Assembly: GCF_009834535.1 (NCBI RefSeq) | Contig: NC_045696.1 | Span: 43,836,001 to 43,900,000 of the forward strand | Source: Camelus ferus | Lineage: Eukaryota | Direction: 5' to 3' | Length of the DNA stretch: 64,000 nt | Shown here: positions 36,020 through 50,600 of the stretch, piece after piece | Layout: every line of letters begins with the position of its first letter | Numbering within the stretch: the first letter of the stretch is position 1 | Program-made: the position numbers and the translations under genes | Notes under the pieces: generated by a model | Told to the model about the DNA's origin: nothing | The model's input: the letters and a program-made list of their open reading frames with translations, nothing else | Databases searched by the model: none

Positions 36020-36406
36020 TTTAAAAGCAAGACAACAGACCCAATATGGAGTCAGTTACACTAAGCCTAGCACCACCAAAACAAGACTTAATTACTGTTT
36101 GGCTCTTCCAAAAATGGAATCTTAAACCAGTCAATCAGGAGTCACCTGATCAGCAGTAGGTGGATAATCTGTCTAATAGACCACTGCCATTCCCTGAGGG
36201 AAAGTAATTTTGCAATAACCAACCCACTATTTTGCCTAGTATAACTTCCTTGTTTCTACTCCCTTCTGCCTATAAAATTTGTTTCATTTTGTATAGCTCC
36301 TCAGAGCTCCTTTCTATCTGCTAGACTGGCTGCTAACCAATTTGAATTAATTTTTGCTCAAATAAACTCTTAAAAATTTTAATATGCTTCATTTTATCTT
36401 CTAACA
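36020..36406 (+). mobile_element. Solo ERV1 LTR
   Basis: atggagtc enhancer-like motif, TATA (cctataaaa), AATAAA at 36361, ends ctaaca. Confidence 0.75.
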
Positions 36407-36767
36407 AGTCAATGAGGCATGGAAGGAATTTTTTTCCAGGAATCTTTACTGTGCTTATATTGGTTTGTGTCTGTGCTGTGGTACAAATTTCTAATTCCTC
36501 TGAATGAAGAATACAAGACAGAAAAAAATAATTCCTGAGTGAAGAAGCAAAAGCAACAATAAAAGGAGAACATACCCTCTGAGAAGATTGTATCTGCTTA
36601 TTACCTATAATAAGCATAGATAGAAAGACAAGGAGATCACCCATTAAAATATTCAGTACTATGTCATCAATGATATTCTCAATTAATTTTCCTCTTTTTC
36701 TTCATTAATAATATAATATGAGAGATAGGACTTTTATAGATGAAATCTTTTTTGTGTTTTGTGTATT

Positions 36768-36913
36768 TGATGGATAGGAGAATATGCCACCTTAAAATAT
36801 GTCTCTTTGGCATAAGGACTATTTTAAGATGATTATTTTGAAAAGCAGCAGACTCAGGAGAAGCTCAGAAAACAGAGTAGCAGTTATCCTTTTGCAATAT
36901 ATATATATTTATG

Positions 36914-36947
<34 letters not shown>

Positions 36948-37346
36948 TATTTATAAATGAAAACTCCGTTTGTAGTGATGTCTCCCTTTCTGTACCAGAA
37001 AGAGACAGATGCTCCACCAGGAACTCTTATCATAGTGGAGAAAGCACAGCCCTAAATCTGCCTTAAAGATCTTACCCTTATTTTCCTTGTTTTATATGGT
37101 AACATCACATAACTGCACCCCCAACACACACATCTTCCTTTTGTCTTTAGCCAAAGATGATATTTAAGGTAGTGGCTTCAGACATCTGGGAAAGTTATTC
37201 ATTTTCCCTGGGTATCTTCCATGTATAGATATAGTATACACATTAATAAACTTCTGTTTGTTTTTTCCTTGTTAACCTGTCTTCTATTAGAGGGTCATAA
37301 CCAAGAACGCAAAGGATAGGGGGGAAATTATTTTTTCTCTCCTCTG
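36768..37346 (+). mobile_element. MER34-family solo LTR containing a (TA)n microsatellite
   Basis: aatatgccaccttaaaatatgtctctttggcataagga start motif; TSD TATT (36764-67, 37347-50). Confidence 0.88.
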
Positions 37347-38389
37347 TATTTTACTACTGCTTTACTTTCTAATTCTGTAGGAGATGGGAAATTGGTTTGT
37401 AACAAAGCACTTTTTCAATAATTCTAAAATTACAGGATTATACTTCTAGTATATTCAACTTGTATATTGTTATTTTAATCTCAATGTAATGTTTTATATT
37501 ATCAAAATTAGAAATCTTTTTTATATTCTTGCTTGTGTAGAGATTTAAAAATGAACAAATAGAAATGATTGACATTTTTGTCCTGCTTATGTATACTTTG
37601 GTTGGAGTTGTCATTGACTTACCAAGATTTAAGGAACATGGAAGAATGAATATTAAACCTGTTTCAAGCTTGAATTTTTTTCTATCAGTGGCTTTTTAAT
37701 GATCTCATCCATGTGGTTTAAAATATTGAAATGATCTAACTCAGAAGGTAATTGCATACCAATTCATTTATTTCAAGAATAGCTTTTTAAATTGATCTTG
37801 GCACTAATAATTTAACCATAACAAGAGATTTCTCTGGTAAAATGAAGAGATTGTATGATCTCGGAGGTGGCTACATTAATATATACTTCAACAATTTTCT
37901 CTGGAAATATCTTTTTTTTTTTTTCCTCAATAAAGGGGCTTCAAAAAAATCAATGAAGAAGCAACTCTCTTAAAAGAGACTGATCTCTTTAGAACTAATA
38001 TCAATAAAGCCTTGAGACAAGTATTACTAGAAAGATTGACTTGTTGTTGTTTGCTGGTTCTTTTGGAAGTAATACTTTGATCTAGATTAAAAGATTTGCT
38101 GTGATTTTGATATAGTTGTAGATGCTACATCACAAAATGGAACCTTAGCTATATAGTATTAAGCTTTAACTCATATTTTATATTAACCAATTTCCAATAA
38201 TAAATACTACAAATAAATATTGGATCTCTGATATAGTTTAATTATTCTTCTGGCCACAATGCAGTAACCAATAAGGAGCTGTCACTCTCACAGTAAATTA
38301 GAGAGACAGATAAAATATATGACGCGCCCAGTGTTCGTACATTGTACAACTGTCAGCACAAAGCTATGATCTCTTTTAGCAGAAAAATG

Positions 38390-38724
38390 TGTAAAATTAA
38401 TAAACAGAAATTTCAATTAAATGGAGTCAGAAGACCAGAAGGGGAAGCTCTTAGGCCCTGTGATGATGGCAGAGCCCAGCAGGAAGAAGAAAGACTCCTC
38501 TTCTTTCCTAGCAAGGATTCACCTAATAAAAAGCCATGGACTCTGTTTACTAAAGCCCTCAACTTCCTTTTCCCACTTGTAAAAGTATTCTCTTTCCCTT
38601 GCCATGCAGAGACTTGCAAATGGCTTGCCATATTTGCTGACCCCAAGTTGCAATTCTCTTCTGATCCCAAATAAACCCATCTTTTGTGGGTAAATACCTG
38701 TCAGTCTGTTGTTTCTGGACAACA
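38390..38724 (+). mobile_element. Solo ERV1 LTR
   Basis: TGTAAA...CAACA termini, AATAAA at ~38669, TSD aatg/catg. Confidence 0.75.
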
Positions 38725-39329
38725 CATGCAAGATGAGATTTAGGCTTACCCTGGCTTCTGCCTGGAATTCCAATTAGAATGAGGTGTGAGGAAGTTGACT
38801 CCAAGTAGAACATAGAAATCTCATAAGCAGAAGTTGCAGGAACTAGAGTGTGGGCCTGCTGTGGCAGTAGGAATTCAAAAGACAGAGTATCAAAGAGAAG
38901 GAAGCTCACGAAGAAGAAATACCCAAATGTAATACTGTCACATTAAATCTTTGGACAAATATTAAGCTGTGCTTGTACTGGCCAAGATTCTACAGGCCTG
39001 GCAGGACACAGTAGCTGTTGATCTCTGAGTTGGATGGAGGCATCATATATGTGTGAAAGACGGAGGACTTGTATGTAGCTAGATAAAAGAAGTCTCATTG
39101 CGCATCCAGGACCATCAGTTTACGTGCTAGAAAGTCATCCTTTATGCAAAGTGCTAGTCCAGCTTTATATATTTTATATCTGCCTTGTGATAGCTTAAAA
39201 AAATCTTTTTGTAAAGATAAATCTGATACATGAGTTAAGGAACTTGCTGTGAGCAAAAACACAACATATTTTGAGAAGACTCAAATATCCACAATATCCA
39301 GCATACAATTAAAAATTAGTTAAAAAAAA

Positions 39330-42300
39330 ATTCTGGGTTCACATATAAGGAGCTTGGAGGTCACCACTCCCTCCTAACAAGTGAAAAACTTAACAGACTG
39401 AAAAAACAGTGACTCTTTCTGTGTCCTTAGGAGAGGAGAATACACAGGGCAAACTGCTGGCACCAATACTTGAGAGACAGATGGACAGCTGAAAACTGGG
39501 AGTCACAGTTCACTGAAGCAGAGACACATGAGTGGAAACCTCTGCAGGAACCAACACCAGGGTAGGGAATCCAGAATGCTAGTTGACAAATAACTAGAGG
39601 CTTAACGTGGAAAAGTCTGAGTTAATTCTGCTGAGGTATTATTAGAGCCTAAATGACCTGGGAGAAGATAAATATTCAACTCATGATATATTTTTTTAAA
39701 AAATACACTTCAGCATATCATTTTCAAATTACAGAAAATCAAAAATAAAATAAAATAAAATAAAAATCACGGAAGAAGCCATAGTAAAAAACACCTCACT
39801 TCTAGAAGAACAAATAAAATACACTTGACTTTTCCTCAGAAACTATGCAAGCAAGAAGAGAGTAGAGTGAAATATTTAAAGTACTGAGGGAGAAAAACCA
39901 CCAACCAAGATTTCTGTACCTTGAAAATATCCTTTAAAAATGAAGGAGAAATACTTTCTCAGACAAAAACTGAGGGCATTTATTGCCAGTAGACCAACTT
40001 TTCAAAAATATTAAAAGGAGTTCTTTAGAAATAAGGAAATTAATATAGGTCAGAAACTCACGTCCACACACACACACACACACACACATAAAAAAGCATT
40101 AGAAAGAAATAAGTGAAGGTAAAATCAAAACTTTTATTTTTCTTACTCTTAATTGATTTAACAGAGGATAGTTCAAAGTAGTAATGGCAACAATGTATTC
40201 AAATGTGTACACTTAGATATGTGTCACATATATGTGCATATATATTTTCATATATATGTAGAAACATACAGAATATGCTTAATATGAGTGAAATGAATGA
40301 CCACAATGATAATAGGAACAAGAGGGAGGAATTTTCACTAAAAAAAGAAAAGAGAGAACATTAATGAACTCATTTACAAAACAGAAACAGACTCGCAGAC
40401 ATAGTAAATAATCTTATGATTACCAAGGGGAAGGAAAATGGAAAGGGAAGGGAGAAATTTGGGAGTTTGAGATTTGCAAATGTTAACCGCTATATATAAA
40501 AATAGATAGAAAGTAAATGTCTTCTATATAGCACAGGGAACTATATTTAAAAACTTATAATAACCCTTAATGGAAAAGAATATGAATATATATAAATATA
40601 TATGCATGACTGGGACATTATGCTACACACCAGAAATTGACACATTATAACTGACTATACTTCAATTTAAAAAAATTAAAAAAAAAATTCCCCAATAAAA
40701 TTTGTATTTGTGTGTTCAGCAAAACCAGTGCTTAGAAGGATATTTATAGTTTTGAGTGAATATACTAAAAAGAAGAAAGATCTATAACCAATCATGTAAG
40801 TTTCCACCTTAAGAAACTAGAAAAAGAAGAGCAAATTAAATACAAAGTAAGCAGAAGAGAATAAGTAATAATAGAGCATAAATTGATGGAATTGAAAACA
40901 AAAAAATAAGAAGGTTTCAGGACACAAGGTTAATATGCAAATATCAATTGTTATCCTATATATCAACAATGAACAAGTTGATTTTGAAATTAAAAACACA
41001 ATACTATTTACATTAGTAACCCCCAAAATGAAATACTTAGGTATAAATCTAATAAATATATATAAGAAATCTATGAGGAAAACTTCAAAACTCTGATGAA
41101 TGAACTCAAAGAACTAACTAAATGGAAAGATGTTTCATGCTCATGGATAGGAAGACTCAATAATGTCAAAATATCAATTTTTCCCAGCTTGATCTGTAGC
41201 AACCCCAATCAAAATCCCAGCAAGTTGTTTTATGAATATTGACAAAAGAATCTAGACATAATCTTACACAATTCACAAAAAATTAATTCAAAATGAATCA
41301 CAGATCTAAATGTAAATGCAAAACTGTAAAACTCTTAGAAGATAACATAGGTGAAAAATCTCGATGACTTTGAGTATCATGATGCCTTTTTAGATAAAAC
41401 ACTGAAGGCATGATCCATGAAATAAATAATTGATAAGCTGGACTTAATTAAAATTAAAAACTTCTGCTCTGCAAAAGACAATGTCAAAAGAATGAAAAGA
41501 TAAGCCACAGATTGGAGAAAATATTTGCAAATGACAAATAAAGAACTGTTATCCAAATTATACAAAGAACTCTTAAAACTCTACAATAAGGAAACAGATG
41601 ACTCCACTGAAATAGGGGTCAAAGTCCTCAACAGATACCTCACCAAAGAAGATATACAAATGGCAAATAGCCACATGAAATGTTGCTCTACATCATATTT
41701 CATCAAGGAATTGCAGATTAGAATAACAATTAGATACTACTACACACCTAACAGAATGACCAAAATCCAGAATATTGAAAACACCAAATCCTGGTGAGGA
41801 TATGGAGCAAAAGAATTCATTCATTGCTGGTGGGAGTAAAAGATAGAGATACTTTGGAAGACATTTAGTGTTTTTGTTTTGTTTTGTTTTAAATCAAACA
41901 CACTCTTACCATATGATACAGCAGTCATCCTCCTTGATGTTTACCCAAAAGAGCTGAAAACTTATGTTCACACTAAAGCCTATGTAAAATGTTTATAGCA
42001 GCTTTATTCATAAATGCCAAAACATGGAAGTAACTGACATGTACTTCAGTATGTAAATGGGTGAATAAACTGGGTTAAAAAAAAAAAGTCAATTAAAAGA
42101 CATGGAGAAATCTTCAATCTAAGTGGAAGGAGCCAACACGAAAAGGTTACATACTGTATGATTCCAACTACATGACATTCCTAAAAAGGCAAAACTAAGG
42201 AAATAGTAAAAAGATTATTGATTCCCAGTGGTTGGATGGAAGAAGGATGAATTGACGGAACACAGAGGAATTTTAGGCCAGTGAAAATACTCTGTATGAT

Positions 42301-42575
42301 AGTATAATGCTGGAAATATGTCATTAAACCTATGTTCCAGCCCTTAGTATGTACAACTTCAAGAGTAAACTCTAAACTATGGACTTTGGGTGATTATGAT
42401 GTGTCATTGTAGGTTCATCAGTTGTAACAAGTATACCAATCTGGTGGGGGTTGTTGATAAAGGAGGAATGTGGTGCATGTGTGGTGGCAGGGGGCATATG
42501 CAAAATCTCTGTGCCTTTCTCTTAATTGTGCTGTGAATACTTAACTGCCCTAAAAAAGTAAAGTATTTTTAAAAA
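39330..42575 (+). mobile_element. L1MC1-like element with 5' end, ORF1/ORF2 relics and 3' UTR; large internal deletions
   Basis: ORF2 relics (SWIGRLNNVKI at ~41140; KEDIQMANSHMKCCSTS) and an L1MC1-type 3' UTR (actatggactttgggtgattatgatgtgtc). Confidence 0.85.
40340..40688 (+). mobile_element. Camelid-type L1 3' UTR fragment nested in the L1MC1-like element
   Basis: tacaaaacagaaacagactcgcagacatag...actgactatacttcaatttaaaaaa plus A tail. Confidence 0.85.
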
Positions 42576-42769
42576 TAGTAGATTGTGATAAGTGGAAATT
42601 AAGACTTATAAGAAGGGAAATAGAGTCAAAAGAAACAACACTGAGGTAAAGCAGAATTTGGAATTGAGATAAGTAGGTAAGACCCTTAAAGAAATTATTT
42701 TACATATACTCAATGGCTTAATAAACAAATTAAGTGTATGAAATGGAAACTGTAGCAAGGTTAAAGACT

Positions 42770-44440
42770 AGAAAACTCAATATTGTTAATATATCAGTTC
42801 TCACCAAATTAATTTATGGAACCAAGGCAATCCCAATATAATTCCAATATGCTTTTTAAAAACATGTAAATTGCAAAATAGACTTAAACTGTAGATGATA
42901 ATGCAAAAAAATCTAGAGTAGTAAAAACAATCTTGAATAGGGAGAACAAAGTTGAAGGATTGTATAATTAACTTCAAAACACTCTACAACCCTACAGAAA
43001 TCTAGACAGTGTGGAGTTGGTAATAAATAAAACCATTTTTGTATAATCATTTAGTTTTGAATACAGTGCCAAAGAGAGTCAATAGGGAAAGAAAATTATC
43101 AGTTAATAATAGCCAGTTGTTAATTTAAAAAAATTAACAAATGTTAAATTTAGCCATTTAACAAAAGGTGTTAGAAAACTCAGATATCCTTATGTAAAAA
43201 ATGAACTTTAACTCCTACCTCACACTCATAAAAATCAATTTAAATTTGGCCCTATACCTAAAAGTAGTATCTAAAACAATAAAACAGCAAACATTAGAAA
43301 TATTCTTCATGATCTGGGAGTGGCAAATATATCTTAGAACACAGAAAAAAATATCCTATTAAAAGATGGTAAGTTAGACTTTGTCAAAATTGTAATAATT
43401 TACTTGTCAATCAACACTATTTACAAATGAAAATCTAAAGCATGGATTGGCTGAGATGATATTGCAAACCATAAATTTGGTAAAGGATTTATCTCCAGAA
43501 TAATATTAGAATAATTTTAAATGATATTAAAAATCATGACTCTATTTTGATGTGAATAAATAAATGAAATAAAATATTAAAGAAGTGGCTAATAAATTTA
43601 GGACTGACAGAGTTAGAAAATTATCACCAGTTGCTAAAACTTTTCCACTTAGTACTTTTTTATTACAAACGCAAAAATAGTAAATTTATAATACAGAAAC
43701 CTTGGGATATCAGCATACCCAAGTGATTAGATGAGACTTCATCAATACTGAGACAAATACTGATTTGTCTCAATTGTGTGTCTCTTTATGACACTGAGAA
43801 TGATACATCTTTTTAGCAAACATCATCCAAACAACAATGAGAGACATTCTTCAAAATAACTGGCCTAAAAATTTTAATCTTAAGAAGCAAAGAAAAGCTC
43901 AAGATCTCTTTCAGGTGAAAGGAAGCTGAAAGTACACGGCAACTAAATGTAATGTGTGATCTTGGATTAGATCTTCGATCAAATGTGGAAAACAAATAGC
44001 TATAAAGTATATCTCTGACAATTGAGGAAATTAAAATATGGACAGTGGATTAGATAATATATTATATGAAGGTTAAATTTCCTGATTTTGATAACTATAC
44101 TGTTGCTATGTAACAGAATACCCATGTTCTGTAAAAAGGAATAGTCTCCAAATTATTCTCAAATGTTTCAGAAAAAAAAAAGCGTATAAATGTATGCAGG
44201 CAAACACATACATGAGAGGGAGAAACAGAGCAAGAGAATGGGAGAAAGAGTGAATGAGAGAGAAAAAGAGAGACAGAGAGATATTAGAGTAAATAATGCA
44301 AGACGTAAATAAGAGGTAGATCTAGATAATGATATTCAAGTGTTTCTTGTACTATTCTTGCAGCTTTTCTGTAAATTTTATACTAAATCATATTATATAT
44401 TATTTTATATTAAATTTAAATATATCAAGATTAAAATTGC
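42770..44440 (+). mobile_element. Older L1MC (L1MC4-like) ORF2 3' part and 3' UTR
   Basis: aaactcaatattgttaatatatcagttctcaccaaatt; ggttaaatttcctgattttgataactatactg. Confidence 0.7.
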
Positions 44441-47058
44441 CAAACTATCAGGTAAACAAAATCATTGAAAATGAGAATTAATGAAACACTGACAAAAAAG
44501 AAAATGGGAAAAATTTGCATCATCACTTGTCAAAGTAAATTTCAGAGACTTAGAGTTAATAGGGATCCCGTACTAATCCTCTAGTTTCTAGCATAGGGAA
44601 CTGAGGGATTAAATAAGTAATTCAGAGTACAAAGCTAGGTAGTTGCACAGCGAGGCTTATGTTCCAGATCTTTTTACACTCAGCCCATTATCCTTTCCCC
44701 ATTAAACATATTGTTTCTCCTCACAAATTAAGGCATATGCAGTAATCAATTGTCTCTTCACATGCAAATGGAGAGGCATCCTGTGAAATGCAGAGCAGCC
44801 AACAGTCATCTGCAATTTTATCATATTTTTCATAGTGACAGGTGAAAATACGAAATTCAGAGAGGAGCACTGGTGAGAGATTATTTTTAATGTTATTATA
44901 TTGATCTCCATTAATTTTACATGATCTCCTAAAAGAGGTTTATTCTTTCTAAAATAAAGCTTATTTTGGTATAACAGAATTATCTGTTCTTTGACACTAC
45001 ATGGCAAAATTTCACTTTTCTTAGATATACATGAATATTTCCTCAATATTAGAACTAAGCAAAGGCTTAAAATATACATTAAAATAAGGGAGATATTAGG
45101 TATAGAAAATGTCTTTGTTCACTTTAACACAAATCACATAATGCATTTTGTGGACTATAACACAATACAAATAGTCATGTTTCCCACTTTGTTTTACTCC
45201 TGCATTTTATTTTAATTGAATAACATCTAAAAAATAGTTCTGAAGTTTAGACCTTTAATAAACTTACAATAGTCTCTCTACTTTGTGCAATTGAGTGGAC
45301 TGAAGATTTAAAGCTTAAACTTGAATGAAAATGAAAACACAAACTCTACATATTGCATTACATGCTGGTATTTTATAGTATGTATACTTGTTTATTAAAA
45401 GAATAAAACAGTCACTCTCCCAAGTGCAGAAAGTAGAAAAAAATTATAATTCAATTTAAAAGTTGTTATTTTTTATTTTAGTTGAGGTTTTAAAATCCAC
45501 TAAATAAAATATTACTAGGAATATTACTCAATTTTAATGTGAGTATAAAAATTATGGAATATAAATAATAAAGACTAAAACTGTGTTGAATTATTACCTT
45601 TTTAAAATGTTATATATATTTTCATAATCTGTATCTTCCTAATTGTCCCTTTTCAAAATTCTTATTATTTTCTACCAAGAATCGTCTTAATATTTTATAT
45701 GCCCTTTGGTCTGGGTTTCTGTTGCTAATATTCATTTGTATTTTCTTTTTGTCTTGATAAGCCTTGCAAAATCATGTCTATATTAATCTTTCTGTAGTTT
45801 TTTTTATTAAGGAGCTTTTTGTTCTTCGGTTCTATTAATTCTTCAATTTATGATTGTTAATTCTTTCCTAACATTTATTTTATGTTTTTTTAAAACTTAA
45901 TACATCATTTTCTTAATTTGAAAATAATTTTGTTTTCTTAATTATAATTATGGTTATTACAAAAAGCTACCTATGAGTATCATTTGACTTCTGAAAAGTT
46001 TGGGTTATAATTTTTCATTGCTTATTTCAAAATAATCTGTTATTTCAGCTTCAATGTTCTTTTTTGCTTAAGTTCTTTTTATATACGTGATTCAAAAAAA
46101 ACTTCAAAGTTAAAAAATAACAAAAAGAAAAACAAAATACTGCTCATTTAAAATTTTTAACTTCCAATTTAATTACAAAATATTCAGAAAATATTGCCTA
46201 TACACAGTTTCTTATTTGGGGAAATTTTTTTGTATTTCTCTTCCTAAATTCACAGTCTTTTTAAGTAAATATTTCAGAAATACTTGAAGATCAAATACTT
46301 CTGCTTTTTTTTAAATAAAAGCAATGATCACTTTTATTAATTATCCTCTATAAATATCTTGTAGCTTTATTTAATCTTTATATAGATAATATAATGAGCA
46401 CTACAGACAGGTATTGTGTCCTGAAAATAATTGCAAGTTTGTCAGTTCTCTCAGTTTTGCTTAATTTTCTCACTACATAAAATTCATTAATGTTTTATTT
46501 TCTTTGTGGATTGTAATTTTTATGAATACAAAATATCTCCCCTTTTCACATTTCATAAACTTTACTCTAAGTTTATATTTTTCCAAATTTCATTAATGTT
46601 ACCAAGCTATCTTTCTTTCTAAACATCTTGGTAATGTCTGTATTTTCAGCCACGTACTATTTGTTGTTGATGCTTCCTTTGTAAATTCATAGCTTCATAT
46701 TTTAATACAAACTGAGAAAATCTGTGTCTTTTCTTAGAGAAATATTTCTCATTCCACTTATTGTAAGGATTGATTTTTTTGTTAACCTTATTTCGGACAT
46801 AGTGTTTCATGTAGGGAAAGGTGAAACGTAGTTAATTTTTATAAATTACTTCTTTATTTAGCTCTTTCTTAATTGACAACAGACATATCTACTTTCTCTT
46901 TAGTAGTGTGAAAACTGTATATTTGTCATTATTCAAATGGTTATGTCAAAATATTTTTGTAATATATTTAATTCATATTATATATCTATAGTTATATATC
47001 AGATATATTTATATTAATTTATACTTTTATTTATATATTCACTAAGACATATATGTAA

Positions 47059-47089
<31 letters not shown>

Positions 47090-47536
47090 AAGTTCCCACA
47101 CCTTAGCCCATTAATTAATATCCCTAAGATGCTTTTATGGTAGTTACTTTCCCTGATCACCTCCAAAATTTTGTTGAAATGACCTGCAATTTTAATCACA
47201 GTTGATAAAACTGTTTTATTTTATTGCTCTATGTTTGGGGGAAATAATTCTTGCCATTTATTTTAAACTTTACAGTTATATTATCCATTATGTTTAAACT
47301 TAAAGTTTTAAGTAATAATAGTTTCTCACTCAAAATGTTTATCTAACCAACTTGATGTTCTGAATTAAATTCATTTGTCAGTTTGTTTGCTTGATTATCT
47401 TGTTTGTTTATTTTTCTTCAAGAAATTATTCCTTAGTAGTTTTATGATGATTGAATTATTATGAGTCTATGACTGATCTTCACAAGTCTAAAAATATGAT
47501 TGGTAGGGATTGTTAGGTTTAAAATAATTTATTTTA

Positions 47537-47699
47537 TTTTATTTTTTAAATATTTAATTTATTACTGTATTTTTTTGTTTGTTTGTGGGGAGGAGGTAAT
47601 TGGGTTTATTTATTTTTTTAGAGGAGGTGCTGGGGATTGAACCCAGGGCCTTGTGCATGCTAAGCATGCACTCTACCACTTAAGGTATATCCTCCCCCC
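47537..47699 (-). mobile_element. Vic-1-type camelid tRNA-derived SINE
   Basis: Reverse complement: gggggaggatataccttaagtggtagagtgcatgcttagcatgcacaaggccctgggttcaatccccagcacctcc... with A/B boxes and A-rich tail. 17 bp TSD TAAAATAATTTATTTTA (47520-36, 47700-16). Confidence 0.9.
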
Positions 47700-50600
47700 T
47701 AAAATAATTTATTTTAAAAATAATCATACCCTTATGTTTTGTTATGGTTGATTTGTGTCATAAAGCATTGAATTCAACTTTAATAGGCTTATAACAATGT
47801 TCTCTACCTAGACATTTGATTCCTCCTTTGCTCAGACTAAGTAGATCAAATTCAAAGATCTGAGCTCTAAGGATGGGATAATTTAGAGATAAACCTAAAG
47901 AAATACATTCAGTGACAGAATCAAATTATTATAGTGATAGGAAGACAATGATGCAGTGATAGTGAGCATCCATCATAGTATTGTGCAGATATTCTAACTA
48001 CTATTATGACTTGGGAAGATCTCTCCCAACAAGTTAATAATCTCTCCCCATTGCCCCATGATTCCATCTATATATTTTATCAGATATGGGACTTGAGCAA
48101 CAGAAGGTAAATTAAAAAAAAAAAAAAATCTAGGGCAAAGTTTGTGTTACCATATTGCTTATGACATTCCATTTCTTGGGATTACACTATTCTACATCTT
48201 TTCACATGCCCTTTTTCAGGTCAACACATCTACAGAACATTGCCTGAAGTGACAGTGATAAATTGAATGGTATTGCTGTTAGTGTGAAATTGACTGTCTA
48301 TAATGTAATAAATGAACATCTTAGAAACATTAACCAATTCACTGTTGATAGATATGAAGATAAAGATGTGAATTAAAGCATATCTCCTCATGTATGAGCG
48401 ATCAATGGTGTTTAACAGAAAACTGTCTACTGGAACCAACTAATGTGAAATGCTTTAGCCTCAGTAGAAAGTCCAAAAGAAAGATGAGTCAGGTAAAGAT
48501 GAAATACTTCCCTTTTTTTCAGTTAGTCTATCTATAGACTGACAGCTAATAAGGAACTTCTGTTTCTTTCAGTAGTTTTAAAAAAATGTAGTTTCCCAAC
48601 TCTAATGTCAACTACTAAGCTGTGGTAAATCACATATGTGATTTATTTTTTCACAAATGATGTTCTTCCTTCGTCATGTAGCTTGTTCCTTAAGCTTCTC
48701 ATTTAACTGTGAAGTAAACTGTTGATGTTGGGTTTTTTTATTTATTTAAAAAAATACTACACCTATTTGCACTATTTATGCATTAGTCCTGAGCTATAAT
48801 TTTAATTGTTAATTTTAACTGTTATTGCCATTAATGGAATTTGCATAATTATTGCAATTAACATGTTCATCAAATAATAACCAAATAATATATATGCATA
48901 TACATTTAAGTACTTTATTCAAATAGTATTTTCTTATGCAACCTCAGAGACCTTTGGAAAAATGATTGTAAATGAATTAAATGACTAAATTTAACTATAC
49001 AGTCCCCCTCGAACTCTGACAAGCACAGGCAACCTAGGTGATGTGTAAGTTCACTGTGGACACAACACGAATTAGAAGAAAAGTGACACAGATGATTAGA
49101 ATCACAAGATTTGAAACATGAGACAAGAAAGAGACTGTGATGCTTGTTGATTTGTAGGTGGCACTTGAATAAAATAATTCTTAATGAATTCAATTGTATG
49201 TCTCCTTAAAGAGCCTATAAAAATAGAGAAGAGGTTATGTAATAAATTATTACAGAAAATGAATAAAAAATTTGAATTCTTTAGAGCCTCAACCAGATGT
49301 GCACATGAAATTGAAAGCTGAATCGAACAAGATCTGTCTTTGGTCCATACATTCACTTTGTGACCTGTGAATGAATAATGTTTATTCAAATTATTTCATC
49401 ATCACACACAAAGCCAGTAACCAGACCCACACTATGGGTTCCAGGGTCAAAACTTTGTTGAAAATAAATAATTATACCCACAGAAACATACACAAGAGCC
49501 ATGAAGCACCAACCAGCCATAAAATTTTTAAGTCCAGTTGGTGATGAAGGTGACAAAAATAATCTTGACTGTTAACAACAAGAAAAGTGAAAACCAGGTT
49601 ATAGATGCAGGCTTTGTTTTAGATTCATTAAGTCTTTCCACATTCTTTCACTTTTTGTGTGTGAGTTTCTTGAATGGATCATAAAATTAAAAATCAAAAC
49701 CGGCCACAACTGTTTTTTTATCATTATCTGCCAATAAACCTCAGATATTCATATTTTCTTCTGTTCTCCGTTATATTTTTATATTGCCACAGATTTTTCT
49801 AGTAGATATATTTCCCAAATTATAGTACATGTGTTTTCTAATGACATAAAATGTAGATATAATATTGAATATTCCACTCCTGAAATTTTGGTAGAAGGAG
49901 ATAGGGTTGTAACGAACCAATAGAGCTAGCAGAAAATGTTTGGGCAGCATATAGTGTTGTTGAAAGAATAGCCTAATAGATCAATCTTCTTATCTATTCT
50001 CTCAGATTTAATCTTATATGCTTCCTATATACATAACCTAAATATACAATGTAGAATTTGGATATAGCTAGAAGCAGAAGGTACTAAACAAAGCCCTAGG
50101 GGCTCTTTTCTGTGGATAGAATGGAGGATAAAGATCTGATATTAACAATTCATTTTTCTTCTCATACATTAGGCTAGGACAAATTTGACGCAGATAATTA
50201 AGAGAGAAAAATAGCCCGTTAGTCATCTTATCAATATTAATTCTACCTCTCTTTCTCCTGGTGCTTTTCTATCACATCTTTGTCACTTTTCTCCTCTCCT
50301 TCAACTCCTATTCTCTTATTTTTTCCATCCATCTTCTTATTATAACCTTGGTTCTTGCAGAATGCAACATAATTATAGTGAAAGAGTGAAGAAAATCCAT
50401 TAAACTGACTTGTTTTCTCAACTTAAGCTGACGTTGAATTTCTATTACCAGATTTAATGACAAAATATGGTCTATGGGTGAACACTTGTGTAAAATAAAA
50501 CAAACAAGCAATGTGGGCATTGCCAGATTCTATGTTTACCCATGGGAGTAAAGAGATAAATATTTTCTGTGGAGGTCTTTCTTGCCTGTCTCTGCTTAAT

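Noticed and set aside
38342..38909. Cluster of overlapping 84-116 aa ORFs
   Set aside because: They lie on a solo LTR and resemble no protein I recognise.
47620..47699. tRNA gene
   Set aside because: The tRNA-like head continues into a SINE body with an A-tail and 17 bp TSD.
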